Shown: piece after piece, positions 36,598 through 48,169 of the stretch
Layout of the letters: each line of letters begins with the position of its first letter
How positions within the stretch are numbered: the stretch's first letter is position 1
NCBI RefSeq assembly: GCF_000143415.4
Contig: NW_003314375.1
Coordinates: 248,001 to 312,000, forward strand
DNA: 64,000 nt
Direction of reading: 5' to 3'
From: Selaginella moellendorffii
Taxonomy: Eukaryota; Plantae; Lycopodiophyta
Program-made: the position numbers and the translations under genes
The notes under the pieces: model-generated
Database searches by the model: none
The model's input: the letters and a program-made list of their open reading frames with translations, nothing else
What the model was told of the DNA's origin: nothing

Positions 36598-39141
36598 ATG
36601 GCCAGCATTGTGGCTGGAACTTTTCATCAGGCTACTCCAAATCTCTCCCCTGTAGCAACAAAGGCATGTCAAGGTATGAATTGCATACTCAATCATGGAA
36701 TTGTAGCTCAACATAGCTGCAGCATCATCGTCATATGGACCTGTGCCAGTTACTGGAAATGGAGCACTTGCTACACGAAAGGTGTGATGTATGACTCTTA
36801 GCAGTTCGTAAATCTTCGCTTTTGATCAAGGTTCCCCCTTTTCTCAAAAGCTTGTTCCACACTAGTAGAAACAAGTTTCTTGATGTGCTTGTGGATGCTC
36901 TATACAAACCAGATAAGGAACGGAATATTTATTACCAGGTAAGATACTGAAAACTTTCGCAGATATTTTCTGAATAAATTCCTTCTAGGAAAACTTTTCA
37001 CCCGTGGAAGAGGTGGGATCTTGGACACCAGTTCAAGTTATTGATGGAGAAATACCTCAGGATTTCCCAGCAGGAACTTACATAAGAAACGGTGCGTTTA
37101 AAGAAATGGTGTTTTGGCAGTGGTTTTGCTCATGATTTTGTGTTCTGAATTCATTGGTTCTATTAATTTTCTTTTTTCTACCTTTAAATCAGGTCCAAAC
37201 CCTTACCTCCTTGATGAAAGTATTCTCATAAGTCCTTTTGGGAAACTGTATTGTCACTGGTTTGAAGGTGATGGAATGCTTCATGCGACCAGGTTTGATC
37301 AAGGTGGCAAGTTCATCACATATAAGAACAAATATGTTGATACTATGGCACACAAAATCGAAAAGAACACGAAGAAAACCTCATTCCTAAGAGCTGTGGA
37401 GGGAGATTCTTTGGCTATCTCAGCAAGTTATCTTCTAAACTTCGTAAGGCAATTGCATTTATTTTGTTTTATTTTCCTTAGCTACAATGTGCAGCTACGT
37501 TTTGGGAAAGTTAATGGGCCAACATGCAATACGCACGTTTTCAAGCTTGCTGGGAAGTTGTATGCAGTCGCAGAAGCAGATATTCCTCATGAAATAGATT
37601 TATCAAGCCTCAACACTCTTGGCACTCTTGATTTTAGTGGTAAATGGAAAGGACCGTTCACATCTCACTCCAAGGTATGGTTGATCACAAAGTGACGCTA
37701 TTATTGAATTGTGTTCTTCTACTTTAAGTTTGATCTGGAAAAGCAAGAGCTCGTTATCTTTGGTTTCAATGCAAAGTCGCCATACTTGCAAATTGGAATC
37801 GTTTCCAGTAAGTGACTGTATCAAAACACAAACTTCTGCTCACTCTTTTCATCCAGAGGATGGAGACTTGATACAAAAGACAGATCTGGAGCTTGATCGT
37901 GCATGCTTTATTCACGAGATTTCAATAACGAAAAAGTAAGTAGCATTTCATTCATGAATCGAGTTCTGGATTCTCGTGTGAGTTCTTTTCCAGTTACACC
38001 TTGATTCCTGATTTTCCACTCACGATCAACATGAACCGATTGCTGAAAGGATCAGGAAGGTAGTTGTCATGTTGTGTTTTAAGGCTTTTAATCTGAGCCC
38101 ATGTCTCAGGCTGGTCGAGTTTGAGAACAACTCTTCTTCCAGAATAGGAGTTATGCCTCGTTATGGCGATTCTAAGTCAGTAAGGTGGTTCGAAGTAGAG
38201 CCTGGATACAGCTTCCACGCTGTAAATGCCTTTGAAGACAGTGATGAAGTAAGTAAACTTCAGCTAAAAAGGAATTTCAAAAAATTGTTTTGCTAACTAA
38301 ATATTATCATGTGATAAACAGATTGTGTTGCATGCTTTGTTTTCGAAGATTCCATTCTTTCCCACGCCAAATGGTGTGGACAGACGCGAGTGGTTTGCTC
38401 GGGGCATAACACCGACTGATCCAAGAAATGCCAGAGACCCTCAAGTTGATGGTGCCCTCTTGGCCAATTTGCGGGAATGGAGATTCAATCTTGACAAAGG
38501 TTTCGTTTGTTTCTATAGAGTGAACTGAGTTTTGGTTTATGAGTTTGCTGAGCAGGGACGGTGGTGGAAAGGAACTTGACATCGTTGGAAACTTGTGGAA
38601 TCGAAATGCCAAAAATCAACAAGAAATTTACAGGAAGGAAGAACCAATTTGCCTATGCCCAGGTGGTGGATGTGGAGGCTAGCAAAGTTGTAGGTAAGTT
38701 TCAATGCGTTTTTTTGCTCATGTACTTAAGATTTGCTGTTTACAGGCATGCCAAAGTATGGCAAGTTCATGAAAGTAAAACTTCCGGAATCTTGTGAAGT
38801 ACGCCATTGCGAGTTATCAATCAGCTAATTGTTATATCTCTGTAGGATGAAATTGATGTGAAGTACCACGATCTGGGAGCCAACCGATACGGATCGGAGC
38901 CTTTGTTTGTGGCGAGACCCCACTCAACAGATGAAGACGACGGGTGGATTGTGAGCTATGTCCATGACGAGGAGACAAACAAATCCGAAGTGAGTGCATA
39001 CTGTAAGAGAGTTGGCAAGTGTAAAATTTGTACTTGCAGGTGTACATATTTGATGCACAAAAGTTTCAGGATCAAGCTGTAGCAAGAATTGGTCTCCCCC
39101 AGCGAGTACCTTATGGATTCCACAGTGACTTCTTCTTTTGA
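36598..39141 (+). CDS. Carotenoid cleavage dioxygenase-like protein (RPE65/CCO family), multi-exon
   Basis: ENFSPVEE, GEIPQDFPAGTYIRNGPNP, HWFEGDGMLHA, four Fe-binding His (FTSHSK, FIHE, SFHAVN, YGFH), EMPKIN, GSEPLFVAR...EDDGWIV, LPQRVPYGFH. The 5' exon structure is tentative. Confidence 0.9.
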
Positions 39142-39214
39142 AACTAGAAAAATGGAAAGTAGACGATAAATCACGTGCCAACTTGAGGCTAGTCAACGAT
39201 TGCAAACGTGGTCG

Positions 39215-39991
39215 TCAACTAGGAAGTATTATTGGGGAGCCAGCGTACATGGCAATCGTTGCCACTCGCGCAAGCACCATGAAATATCGACTGCTGATAC
39301 CTCGGGCGTGTTCTATAGTGATCTCACCCCCGACCACCTGGGCCCGCTCTCGAAACTGGGCCTTTCCACTCCTCCGGTGGCACTCCATCAGCAGCTTCTT
39401 AGCGGTGCTCATCGCATACTCCCAGCAGTTCTTGTCGTGAAGGCTATACTGCGGGTCGTGATCCTCATGAGCTCGCGCAGTTCCAGCGGCGTATCCTCGC
39501 AATCGAAATTCAGCAGCTTGGCATTGGTAAAATCGCCCAGGCTGAGAACGGGGGTGATGTTGATCCCGCAGTCACCGCCAGGGCCACACTTCTCGAAAAG
39601 GAAGAATTGCTCCACGCCCCCGACGATCAGCACAATCACCAGGAAGTCGTGGTTGATGGTCGACTTTGGATTGATGCAGTTAGTGCTGGAATCCCTGGAG
39701 GCGGTGGAGAGGGCGGCTGTTGCTTTGCTGCCGCCCTGCAAAGCCCTTGGTGAAGCTCCTGGTGAAGCCGTTTGTGAGGCCGGATTGGCAGTAGACGATG
39801 GCGCGGAGGAGCGACGTCAACGTAGCCATCGGGATCATTGTGCTTGAAGTGGTTTCTGATCTTGCCTGGAATTTTGGCTGACGAGAGACCACTCCAGAGC
39901 TGTGGAGCAGCCTTTTGCTGCCATCGTTCAAGACCGGCGCAACATGAGTCGATCTAGAGCTCTTGGCCACCGACTGGGAGATTTTCCACAT
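39215..39991 (-). pseudogene. Frameshifted permuted papain-like (PPPDE/LRAT-type H...NC) gene
   Basis: Three successive frames; INHDFLVIV...FFLFEK followed later by QYSLHDKNCWEYA (Y.L...NC motif); intronless. Confidence 0.5.
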
Positions 39992-40649
39992 TGTTGGAGA
40001 TGGAGCAAAAAAAAGCTCAGGAGCTCTTCATTCATTCTTTTGATCTTGTTCTTCATAATCCCCGGCACGGATTCCATGATCGTGCCAAGAAACTTCCAAT
40101 TGATCAATAGACACAACAGTACAAGAATAATTTGGGTATAAATTATAAACTTGTTTATAATTCAAAAATACAAGTTTAATCTAAATATATATCAACCGTT
40201 AGATAAAATATATTAGAAGCATCTTAAACAAAACAGTTTTACATAAATGTAAGTAAAATTATACTTTTAAAAATTCATCTAAGTCAACAACTAAGACACA
40301 AAATTAAGTGAGAAAGGAAAAGAATGACAATCATTGAGTGACATCTGGGTCGACAGCCAGCTAGAACATGCCGAACCTGTCGTATGCCACCTCCACCAGC
40401 TCTGCTCCAACCAAATATTATGATCAAAATGAGATTGGGCCATCGGCCTGATGGACGCAATGGCTCAGGTTTTACACTCGGTCAATTGGGCCATGTCGAT
40501 CAAGCTTGATATATGTTAACAACCAAAGAGCAAAGTTTAACAAAGAAAAATGGACTTTCAATAAAATACAGCTGAAGCCTTCTATATACATGGCGGGATC
40601 TTTCTTCTACGTGTCCATCTATGCGAACAAGTCGCCGTCTAAACAAGTT

Positions 40650-41390
40650 GTGACCTGTAAAGCAAGGTTAGACACGCTTCTCTGGGCAGGGCCATGCAAT
40701 TATAAATGGGTTCCTCCTTGACCGCCTAAGTTTTGGAAGTCTTGCTGGGAGCAAAGCTATAGACCCGCTTCTGTGCCCGCCCACACCATATAAATAATGG
40801 GCTCGAGATCGTAACTGCAAGGCAAATCCTTATGAACCGGGAGCAAAACGTTATTGTAACTGCAGCACAACTTAGTGGTGTGAAGAGAATGTTGCCCACA
40901 CAAACACTTGATATGCACTATGGTTGATGTTGGACACAACTTGTAACTTGGGTCACTAGTACACATGCATAAAAGAATAGTGGTGGTAGCTATATTACCA
41001 AAGCTGCCACATGTTTTCTGGATGAGCCAGATCATGCCATGTGGCACCCAATTTAATTTATTTTACTATTATAGTAATGTTAATAATAGATGTGGACCTC
41101 ACACATGGATATATAATATTAATGCGGGATCATGTTGGTATTGCGACAATTAAGTCGTGACAGTCACTGTCTGGACAGGTGACCAGTGGAGCAAAGCTAG
41201 ACACGTTTTTCTGGGTAGGATCACGATCACAATGGGGGGTTTAATATTGTGTCAATACAGCAGTTCTCCTTGACCACCTAAGTTTGGGTTCTTCCTTCTT
41301 GACCGCCTAAGTTTGTGTTGGAAGTCAGGCTGGGAGCAAAGTTAGACACGCTTCTGTGCCTTCCCATATAAATAAGGGGTTCGATATCTA
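40650..41390 (+). promoter_or_regulatory. Tandemly duplicated promoter module of KP4-like copy B with W-boxes and TATA
   Basis: TTGACC at 40718, 41270 and 41299 (plus GGTCAA at 40480); TATAAATA at 40789 and 41367; block 40650-40810 is repeated at 41180-41390. Confidence 0.65.
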
Positions 41391-41409
41391 TCTCAGCAAC
41401 TTAGCAACC

Positions 41410-41790
41410 ATGAAGTCGACGAACATGGCGCTAGCTCTCACATATGTTTTGCTTGTTGTGAATCTCATGTTGTTGCGGGGCTCTCATGCTCAGGACTCCT
41501 ACTCGTGTGCTGGCTCTACATTGTGCAGGGGCCTCGCACAGAGCGACTGTGATGCTGCTCGCCGCCAGATTCAGCCTGGCAACCGCTACTTCACTGGCGG
41601 CAACAAAGGCTCCACAGGCGTCTGCTCCGGCCACTGTGGGCTCTTTGTCTCCGGCTCCAACTGCGACCTCACTGGCAATGAGATGATCACTGCCTTCAAC
41701 GAACTCCGTGCTCGCAACTGCGCCAAGTGTGGTATCAAGACTTACAATGACGGCTGCAAGTTCAAGGCGGATTATGTCAATGGCTGCTAA
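41410..41790 (+). CDS. Secreted KP4 killer-toxin-like protein, copy B (intronless, 126 aa)
   Basis: MKSTNMALALTYVLLVVNLMLLRGSHA|QDSYSCAGSTLC...LRARNCAKCG...FKADYVNGC; 10 mature Cys; close paralog of copy A including the 3' UTR. Confidence 0.82.
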   Translation: MKSTNMALALTYVLLVVNLMLLRGSHAQDSYSCAGSTLCRGLAQSDCDAARRQIQPGNRYFTGGNKGSTGVCSGHCGLFVSGSNCDLTGNEMITAFNELRARNCAKCGIKTYNDGCKFKADYVNGC

Positions 41791-42785
41791 TCACACTTTC
41801 TTGTAGTTAATCTTCTCAATAAAGCTATGACGGTATGTCTGGGTTTGGAAGATGATGATTCTTCGGTCGTTTGTTTGCTATCCGAAGTTGTAGGCAAGAA
41901 AAGTGGAAACAAATCAACAATTAAAAAGCAAAACAATTTGATGTGAAAGGTTGATTTGCCATTCCTTTCAGCATCATGAGCTTGGCTTTGGACTCAAGCT
42001 GCTCTTTTCTTTGTATTGGAGCGTCTTTATGTAATTTCTTTTGCTTAGTTTTCTTCAACAATAGGAAAATGAGATGATTGCTAAGCTTGCAAGTTCTGAG
42101 AGGTCGTGTTTGGGGAGATTACACAACAGCCTGATGATCAGTATGAGCAAGATTTTGAAAAATTTAGGCAGAATAAAAGTATCTAACTCTCACTTGTCCC
42201 TTGGCATGATGTCTCATGATGCTCCAGTTGTTCCATCCTTTAGTCTTCTCTTGGCTATACTCAACATGAAGATGACTCTACTCTGTTGCATCTTCCTTTC
42301 TTGCTTGGCTTTTTGAGTTTTGCAGCAATTTCTTCATGTCAATTCATAGAAAGGATAGTAACTTAATTTCAATAAATAGCTTACAAGTAGTTTTTAAGCA
42401 AAACTAGGATGATAGTGAATATACCTAAAATATGCTTGGATATTTTAGGATATTCTACCATTTAACAGTTGTTATTCATTTAGATTAATTTTGTATTTAT
42501 AATTATAAACATGTTTATAATTTATAAACTTTCTTAAACCCTTTCTAATATATTCTTTTTTATTCTATTATATACAATAAGATTAATTTTGTGTTTATAA
42601 ATTACAAACATGCATATAAATTATAAATTTTATTTGATTAATTGAATTAATAAATCGGAATAACACTACTATTAAGCAAACCAAGCGTTACTACATGCAA
42701 TTATTATTAAACATCATGGTTTATTAAAACAAAGAAATTTTCCCGCGCTTTAGGGTTTAACATTGCATTTTTAGGGCTAGGGCTA

Positions 42786-43771
42786 AGATATCTTCGATCG
42801 GCTCGGGGAGGACTTGCTGATGGAAATTCTTACGCGGCTAGACACTGATTGTGTGCCGTGGATCCAAATCCACAGCTGTGGCGCCCTTTCTCCGGCGAGG
42901 CTGTCAAGCTCAAGCACATTTCTCTGCCCATTGGCCCGCCTGGAAAGAGCTCCGTCTTTGTAGGGCATTGCTCGTCCAATGGTCTAGTGTGTGGCACGCT
43001 TGCTGTAATACACCGTCCCACCAGTCCTTGCTCACGGTCTCTCAGTGTGGCCAATCCTCTTACGAACACTTGGAAGGTGCTCCGGTGTACCGAGTGGGTC
43101 GAGATGACCGAGACAATGGATTTGGATCCTGAGACGGGAATCTATCGAATTGCAGTGCTCAACAACAAGCGTATCGATTCAAAATACGTTGGCGAAATTC
43201 TCCAGTGCAACTCTGGCACTGGACGCTGGGTGGCAGGGGACGTCATAACAAGTGATCTGATAGAGTGCAACCCTGGCTACAACCGAGGTAACGGTGACGA
43301 TGGTTTCTACAACCTGGATACACTCAAATGGACGACTGAGTTCACAGAAGAGAATCCCAGCATTCGTGAGATCGATGACGAGACTTGCAAGAATTGGCCT
43401 ATCTGGGGATTTTTGTACCGCGGCCGGAGGATCCTGGTGGGAACGATCCATGACGACCTTCACGTTGCACTCAGTGTGCTGGAGGACGACGAGCAAAAAC
43501 GTTGGCTCCCCTTGTCCAAGGGTCGTGTGCGGGATATAGTCGGGGAAGGATGGCGTGTGATCACTGGGTGGCACATCTAGCAGGCGACGTGATAGTGCTC
43601 TCCAGCTGCACTTGGCCTCCACTTGCGTTTCATCTGATCGACGAGCAATGGGAATTGGGCCTTTCGGAACAGGAACTGGCATTCTATGCTAACCTCGACT
43701 GGTCCAAAGGCTGTCCGGCCACCATTCGCGCCAGCTACACGTTTGTTCCAAGCTTAGCAGCACGGCCATAA
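42786..43771 (+). pseudogene. F-box family gene, the most complete copy, with two frame breaks
   Basis: DIFDRLGEDLLMEILTRL (F-box start), frame change near 42850, 243-aa ORF with SSNGLVC and VANPLTNTWKVL, frame change near 43550, ending YTFVPSLAARP. Confidence 0.75.
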
Positions 43772-43862
43772 ATCTCCCTGTTGGACTCAAGATCAGCAAG
43801 AGAAAAGAAACAAGAAAATGTACCTTTCGCTCAAGTTGGTATATCTGTAAATCAGGCTCCTG

Positions 43863-44561
43863 TTAGTTCATATCCAGATCTGGTGTCTTAGCTGTTCCAA
43901 GTAAGCATTTGATGGCTGGAACTGAGGGATGTTCGCGTCCTGCGTTGGACTGTAAGATAAAGCCAACAAATGAAGAACTTACAACAGAGGCTGGCGGCAG
44001 CGTTGGAGCAACTTGTTGCTCAAGCTCGTCCGGCCTTTCCCACTGTAGAGAGATATTAAAATGCGCCTAAATCTAAATCTTAACGTTGTTACCTTGCTTT
44101 CGGATGTGATACTGTTGTAATAGTATTTATATCCATCTGGCGAGACGTGTTCCGTCCAGTTAGATGTAGCTGGCGCTACTACAGCAGGAGGCAATGCCGG
44201 AGTTGGAAGCAAAGATTGCACAAGCTGTGTAGGCGCCGACAACAACCAAGAAGGCGGCTAAGTAAAATGAGAAAGGAAGAATTTTTAAGAGAAAAAAATT
44301 CAGAAGCACGAAATACCTGTTGTGCAATGCTCCCTGGCTGGAACACCTGTAACAAAATCCAATCCAGACATGAAGCACAAAATGCAGAAGGAGAGCGTAC
44401 CGGTGGATGCTGTTGTTGCTGCGGAATATTTTGCAAGTGAAGAGCTTGATGGTTGTGTAAAATGAGTGACGGTTGGTTTATGGATGCCAGGGGTTGCGTC
44501 AGCTGTAAAAATTGTGATTGTTGCGATGGTTGTGGATTAAACTGCTGAGGTTGGAGATGAA

Positions 44562-44594
<33 letters not shown>

Positions 44595-47060
44595 GTAGTT
44601 GCACATACTGATGCACAGCTTGTTGTCCAGCAAAATTTTGTCCAGCACGCTGCAATGCCGTTTGGATAATCTCCTGCAAAGATTTAAAAAAAAATTGGCA
44701 TAAGTAAACAAAGAGGTGGAAAGAACCTCGGTCGGAAGTCCAGCTGCATGATGCCGTTGAGCCTGTACAATGTATGGGCCTTGCGAGTGGTTAGGAGATG
44801 CCTGGAAGAAATTGACCGTGTCAATATAAAAGAATAACCAAAGAGCAGGAACATACTGTTTGTGAAGGGCTTAGACAGGGAATTACTGCTGGAGGAAATG
44901 GAGGTTGTCCAGTTTGATGCAGTTGCCGCAAACTCAATGCATTTGCTTGCCTCCAGCTAACTGGAGAAGCACGTCCACTGTGGCCACTAGATCTGAGAGC
45001 AAACATGTCAGTAGCGCTGGTAATCTCAATAAGGATCACCTGTTGTTAGAGCCGGATCCGTGATGGCGGGGACTAAAACTGTTCCTGTAAAACACTCTCA
45101 CGGTTGAGGTTATCTTGCAGAAAATATATCAAGTAAAAGAAAAGAAGACCTCGAGTCACCAGTTTTAGGCCGTTTTGGGTCAGCAAATCTCACAGCCAAA
45201 GGCTGATCACAACCCTGTCATACAAAAATGAAGGAACAAGTTAAGAAAAAAGGAAAAGCGAAAATCAGAGTCACTCACGCGCATAATGTACACATCGTTA
45301 AGAGCAGCAATGGCTGCTTGTGCCATGTCCCTTGACGGGTACTTTATGAAAGCACAACCTGCAAACAAACGTCACTTGAAGTACTCCCTGCAATGCAGGC
45401 GCTTTACCTCTGCTTTGTTTGTGCTCGTCTCTCATGACGTATATATCGTCAACTCTTCCGTACGGACTAAAAACCTGCACTTGAAAGCCATCAATAGGAC
45501 ACCAGAGACAACGATAAACAATTTTACCTCTTCAATTTCTCTCTCACTAGCGTGCTTGTTTAAGCATCCTACAAACAATTTATGCTCTATTGCCCCTGCT
45601 AAAAAATATAAAGAAAATGGAAGTTGAGAGAAATGAAAGAGATAAAAAACGTCCTCACCTAAGCGCTCTCTTTCACCATCTGCGTATCTAACTTGTACAG
45701 GCGAAGCTCCCTGTCCAGCGTAAACAATCAAACCATCAACTAGAAAAACGGCCAAAATCTTACTCCTGGTAAAGTCCGCTGGTTGTTTAAGCAACGTATA
45801 GCTCGGTCAGCTTCGTCCCTCGAGGAGTACTTGACGAAACAACAACCTATACGGCATAAAAAGTAGAACAGAAACACAAATTAGCGACTATACTCGAGAA
45901 AAAACTAAAACAGAGAATGAAAGGAAACAAAAAAAAAAAAAAAAAAAAACAACAACAACAACACAAGCATCGTGCCCGCCCGGATATACTGCGGAACAGA
46001 TTGCATCCACCATCAAAACTAGTCCGCCACCATTTTGGTTTTCGTTCTCAAGCCATTCATCCTCGGTCTCCAGTCCATGTCAGAGTCACAACCAGAGTTT
46101 TTGTTGATCCCTGTAAGTGGGAACTTAACCCACAGCATTCATCTCCAAAGTTGTTCCGAGTTTCAAGTTTGGATCCAGTCATCACTAAGAACGAGTAGTG
46201 GCCATCGATTGGATAGTTGCCACCAGTTTCCAAGGAAGAGTATCATGAACTAATTCCCGGTGAAGCATATCTGTTTGTCGCGGATCATCAACGGACGGGC
46301 AGTGCTGTAGTGTCTGATATCCATATATCCACTCAAAAATCCATTCACATGATGTCATACGTTTTCTTGCTGGAACATTCACCTAAGCCAGAGTTAAATT
46401 ACCATATGGAAAAGAGAGAATAAAAGACGGAACGATGATCCTAACGATGCAATGCAAGCAAACAAAGAACAAAAAAGTCTGTCCTCGATCGAACCAGGAA
46501 AAATAAATCCAGACATTCCAACCGTGCAGCACAATCTATCCAAAGCTTTGGACCACCGCAACACACCACCTAGAAGGAAAGCAAGCCAACAGTAAACCCA
46601 ACAAAGATTCGATTATGGGAAAAAGAGAAGATACAACAAAACATGCCTTGTTGGTGCCCCGTTCTCCTATCCTTTATAATCGCAACCTCAAGAACTTCTC
46701 CATATTCCTCGAACATTGATCTTACCTGACAAGAAAAAGAATGCGCAGAGGGAAGCGAACGAAACGAGTTAAAAAAAAAAAGCAAGAATTTGCAGACTGA
46801 GAACGCACTTGTTGTTCAGTAATTGTCCTGGGAACAGAGCCCACAAAGAGTTTCACATAAGTGTGTTGTCCTCCTTCACTAGAATCTGGACAAGAAGAAT
46901 ATTTCGATTCATAGTACGAATGAATTGAAATGCGGCAATACGAGAAGAAGAGCAGAAATCACTCACCAGAATTGTCGCGCTCGCGCTTGTGGCCAGCAAC
47001 GCGCCAAGAACTGCTGCTGGGATCTCCGTGATGAGGCATTTTCTTCCTCTCCGAGACCAT
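43863..47060 (-). CDS. FCA: Flowering time control protein FCA-like (2 RRM + Q-rich + WW)
   Basis: KLFVGSVPRT, IKDRRTGHQQ|GCCFVKY, PVQVRYADGERERL, EHKLFVGCLNK, LAVRFADPKRPK, WTEHVSPDGYKYYYNSITSESK|WERP. The last exon is tentative. Confidence 0.93.
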
Positions 47061-47283
47061 CCCACTGCTCCGCCACTGGCGCTGCTACTGCTCTGCTCGA
47101 TCTTGGCGCTCACAATGCAATGTAGCAGCCGGCCATTCCTCCTCCGCCGCGCATTCTCCCCAGGAACACGAAATCACACACGACACACGTACAAACCCTA
47201 GAGCTGGAACTCCACCTTCCCACCGGCTACTGCCGGTGAAAACCGATAAGTACGAACGCCACATCCCGCCTTGTACGGGATTT

Positions 47284-48060
47284 TTAAAAAAGTATTTCGA
47301 AATCAGGTTTAGGGTTTATGGCGTTTAATTTTATGACTTTTAGGGTTTTCGGATGAATTTCCGTTGGGAGTTGAAGGTTCGCGTGGCGGTACATGCGCTC
47401 TTCATGCTCAGCATCTTCGACATCTACTTCAAGTCGCCGATCGTTTATGGGATTGATCCCGTCGCGCCTCGGATCCAAGCGCCTGCCGTGCTGTTTGTCG
47501 GTAATTCCCTTCCCTGCTAGATTTTCACGGATTGATTGAAATATTAGATCTATTAGCTGATCCCAGGAGCTCATTTTCTACACAATGTGATGCACGGGGC
47601 GTGTTCTTGAGTTTTCTCATTTGTTTTTGCGGGCAGGGATGTGATGCTTCGGTCCTCGTTTCGTCAACTCCTGGCAACAAGGCTGAAAGAGACGATGAGA
47701 TAAATCACTCATTAGCCGGAGACGCCTTTGATGCAGTTCATCGAGCCGGTGTGGCGCCTGCGCTGATATTCTCGCTATCATCACGTGGAGAAAGAAGGAT
47801 GTAGCGAGGAGCTTAGAAAGCACTGCGAGGATTACCAGATAGTGCCATCAGCGATTTCATTGAGGGAAACAGCATGGTTAATTCGTTGATAGATGCTTTG
47901 TAAGTGTGAAGATGGCGGCCGACCCAGAAAACCTTCCATCTTTACGGCCTTTCCTGACTTCCCGGAAAGGACCGCCAACTAGCCAGTGATCTACAACTTC
48001 ATCATGAACCGGAGCTTCCTCGGCGAACTAACATGGTACCCTTCCAGTTCGACATTAGTT
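47284..48060 (+). pseudogene. Deleted duplicate fragments of PIG-N exons 1-2 and of the class III peroxidase
   Basis: 47383-47600 copies 49644-49935 with deletions; 47605-47790 copies 53762-53972; 47987-48055 copies pieces of 54257-54403. Confidence 0.85.
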
Positions 48061-48169
48061 TTGGGTTAAATTAGAATAACAATAATTAAGAACAGTTTAA
48101 CTTATTTTCAATGTCGGGACTATTCTCAATAATTTCCGGAGCACTCTTGCAATGGCACTGAAAACGTAC

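Noticed and set aside
39200-39847. 215-aa plus-strand ORF
   Set aside because: Reads as antisense of the minus-strand pseudogene, whose motifs are the ones conserved in the 27.4 kb copy.
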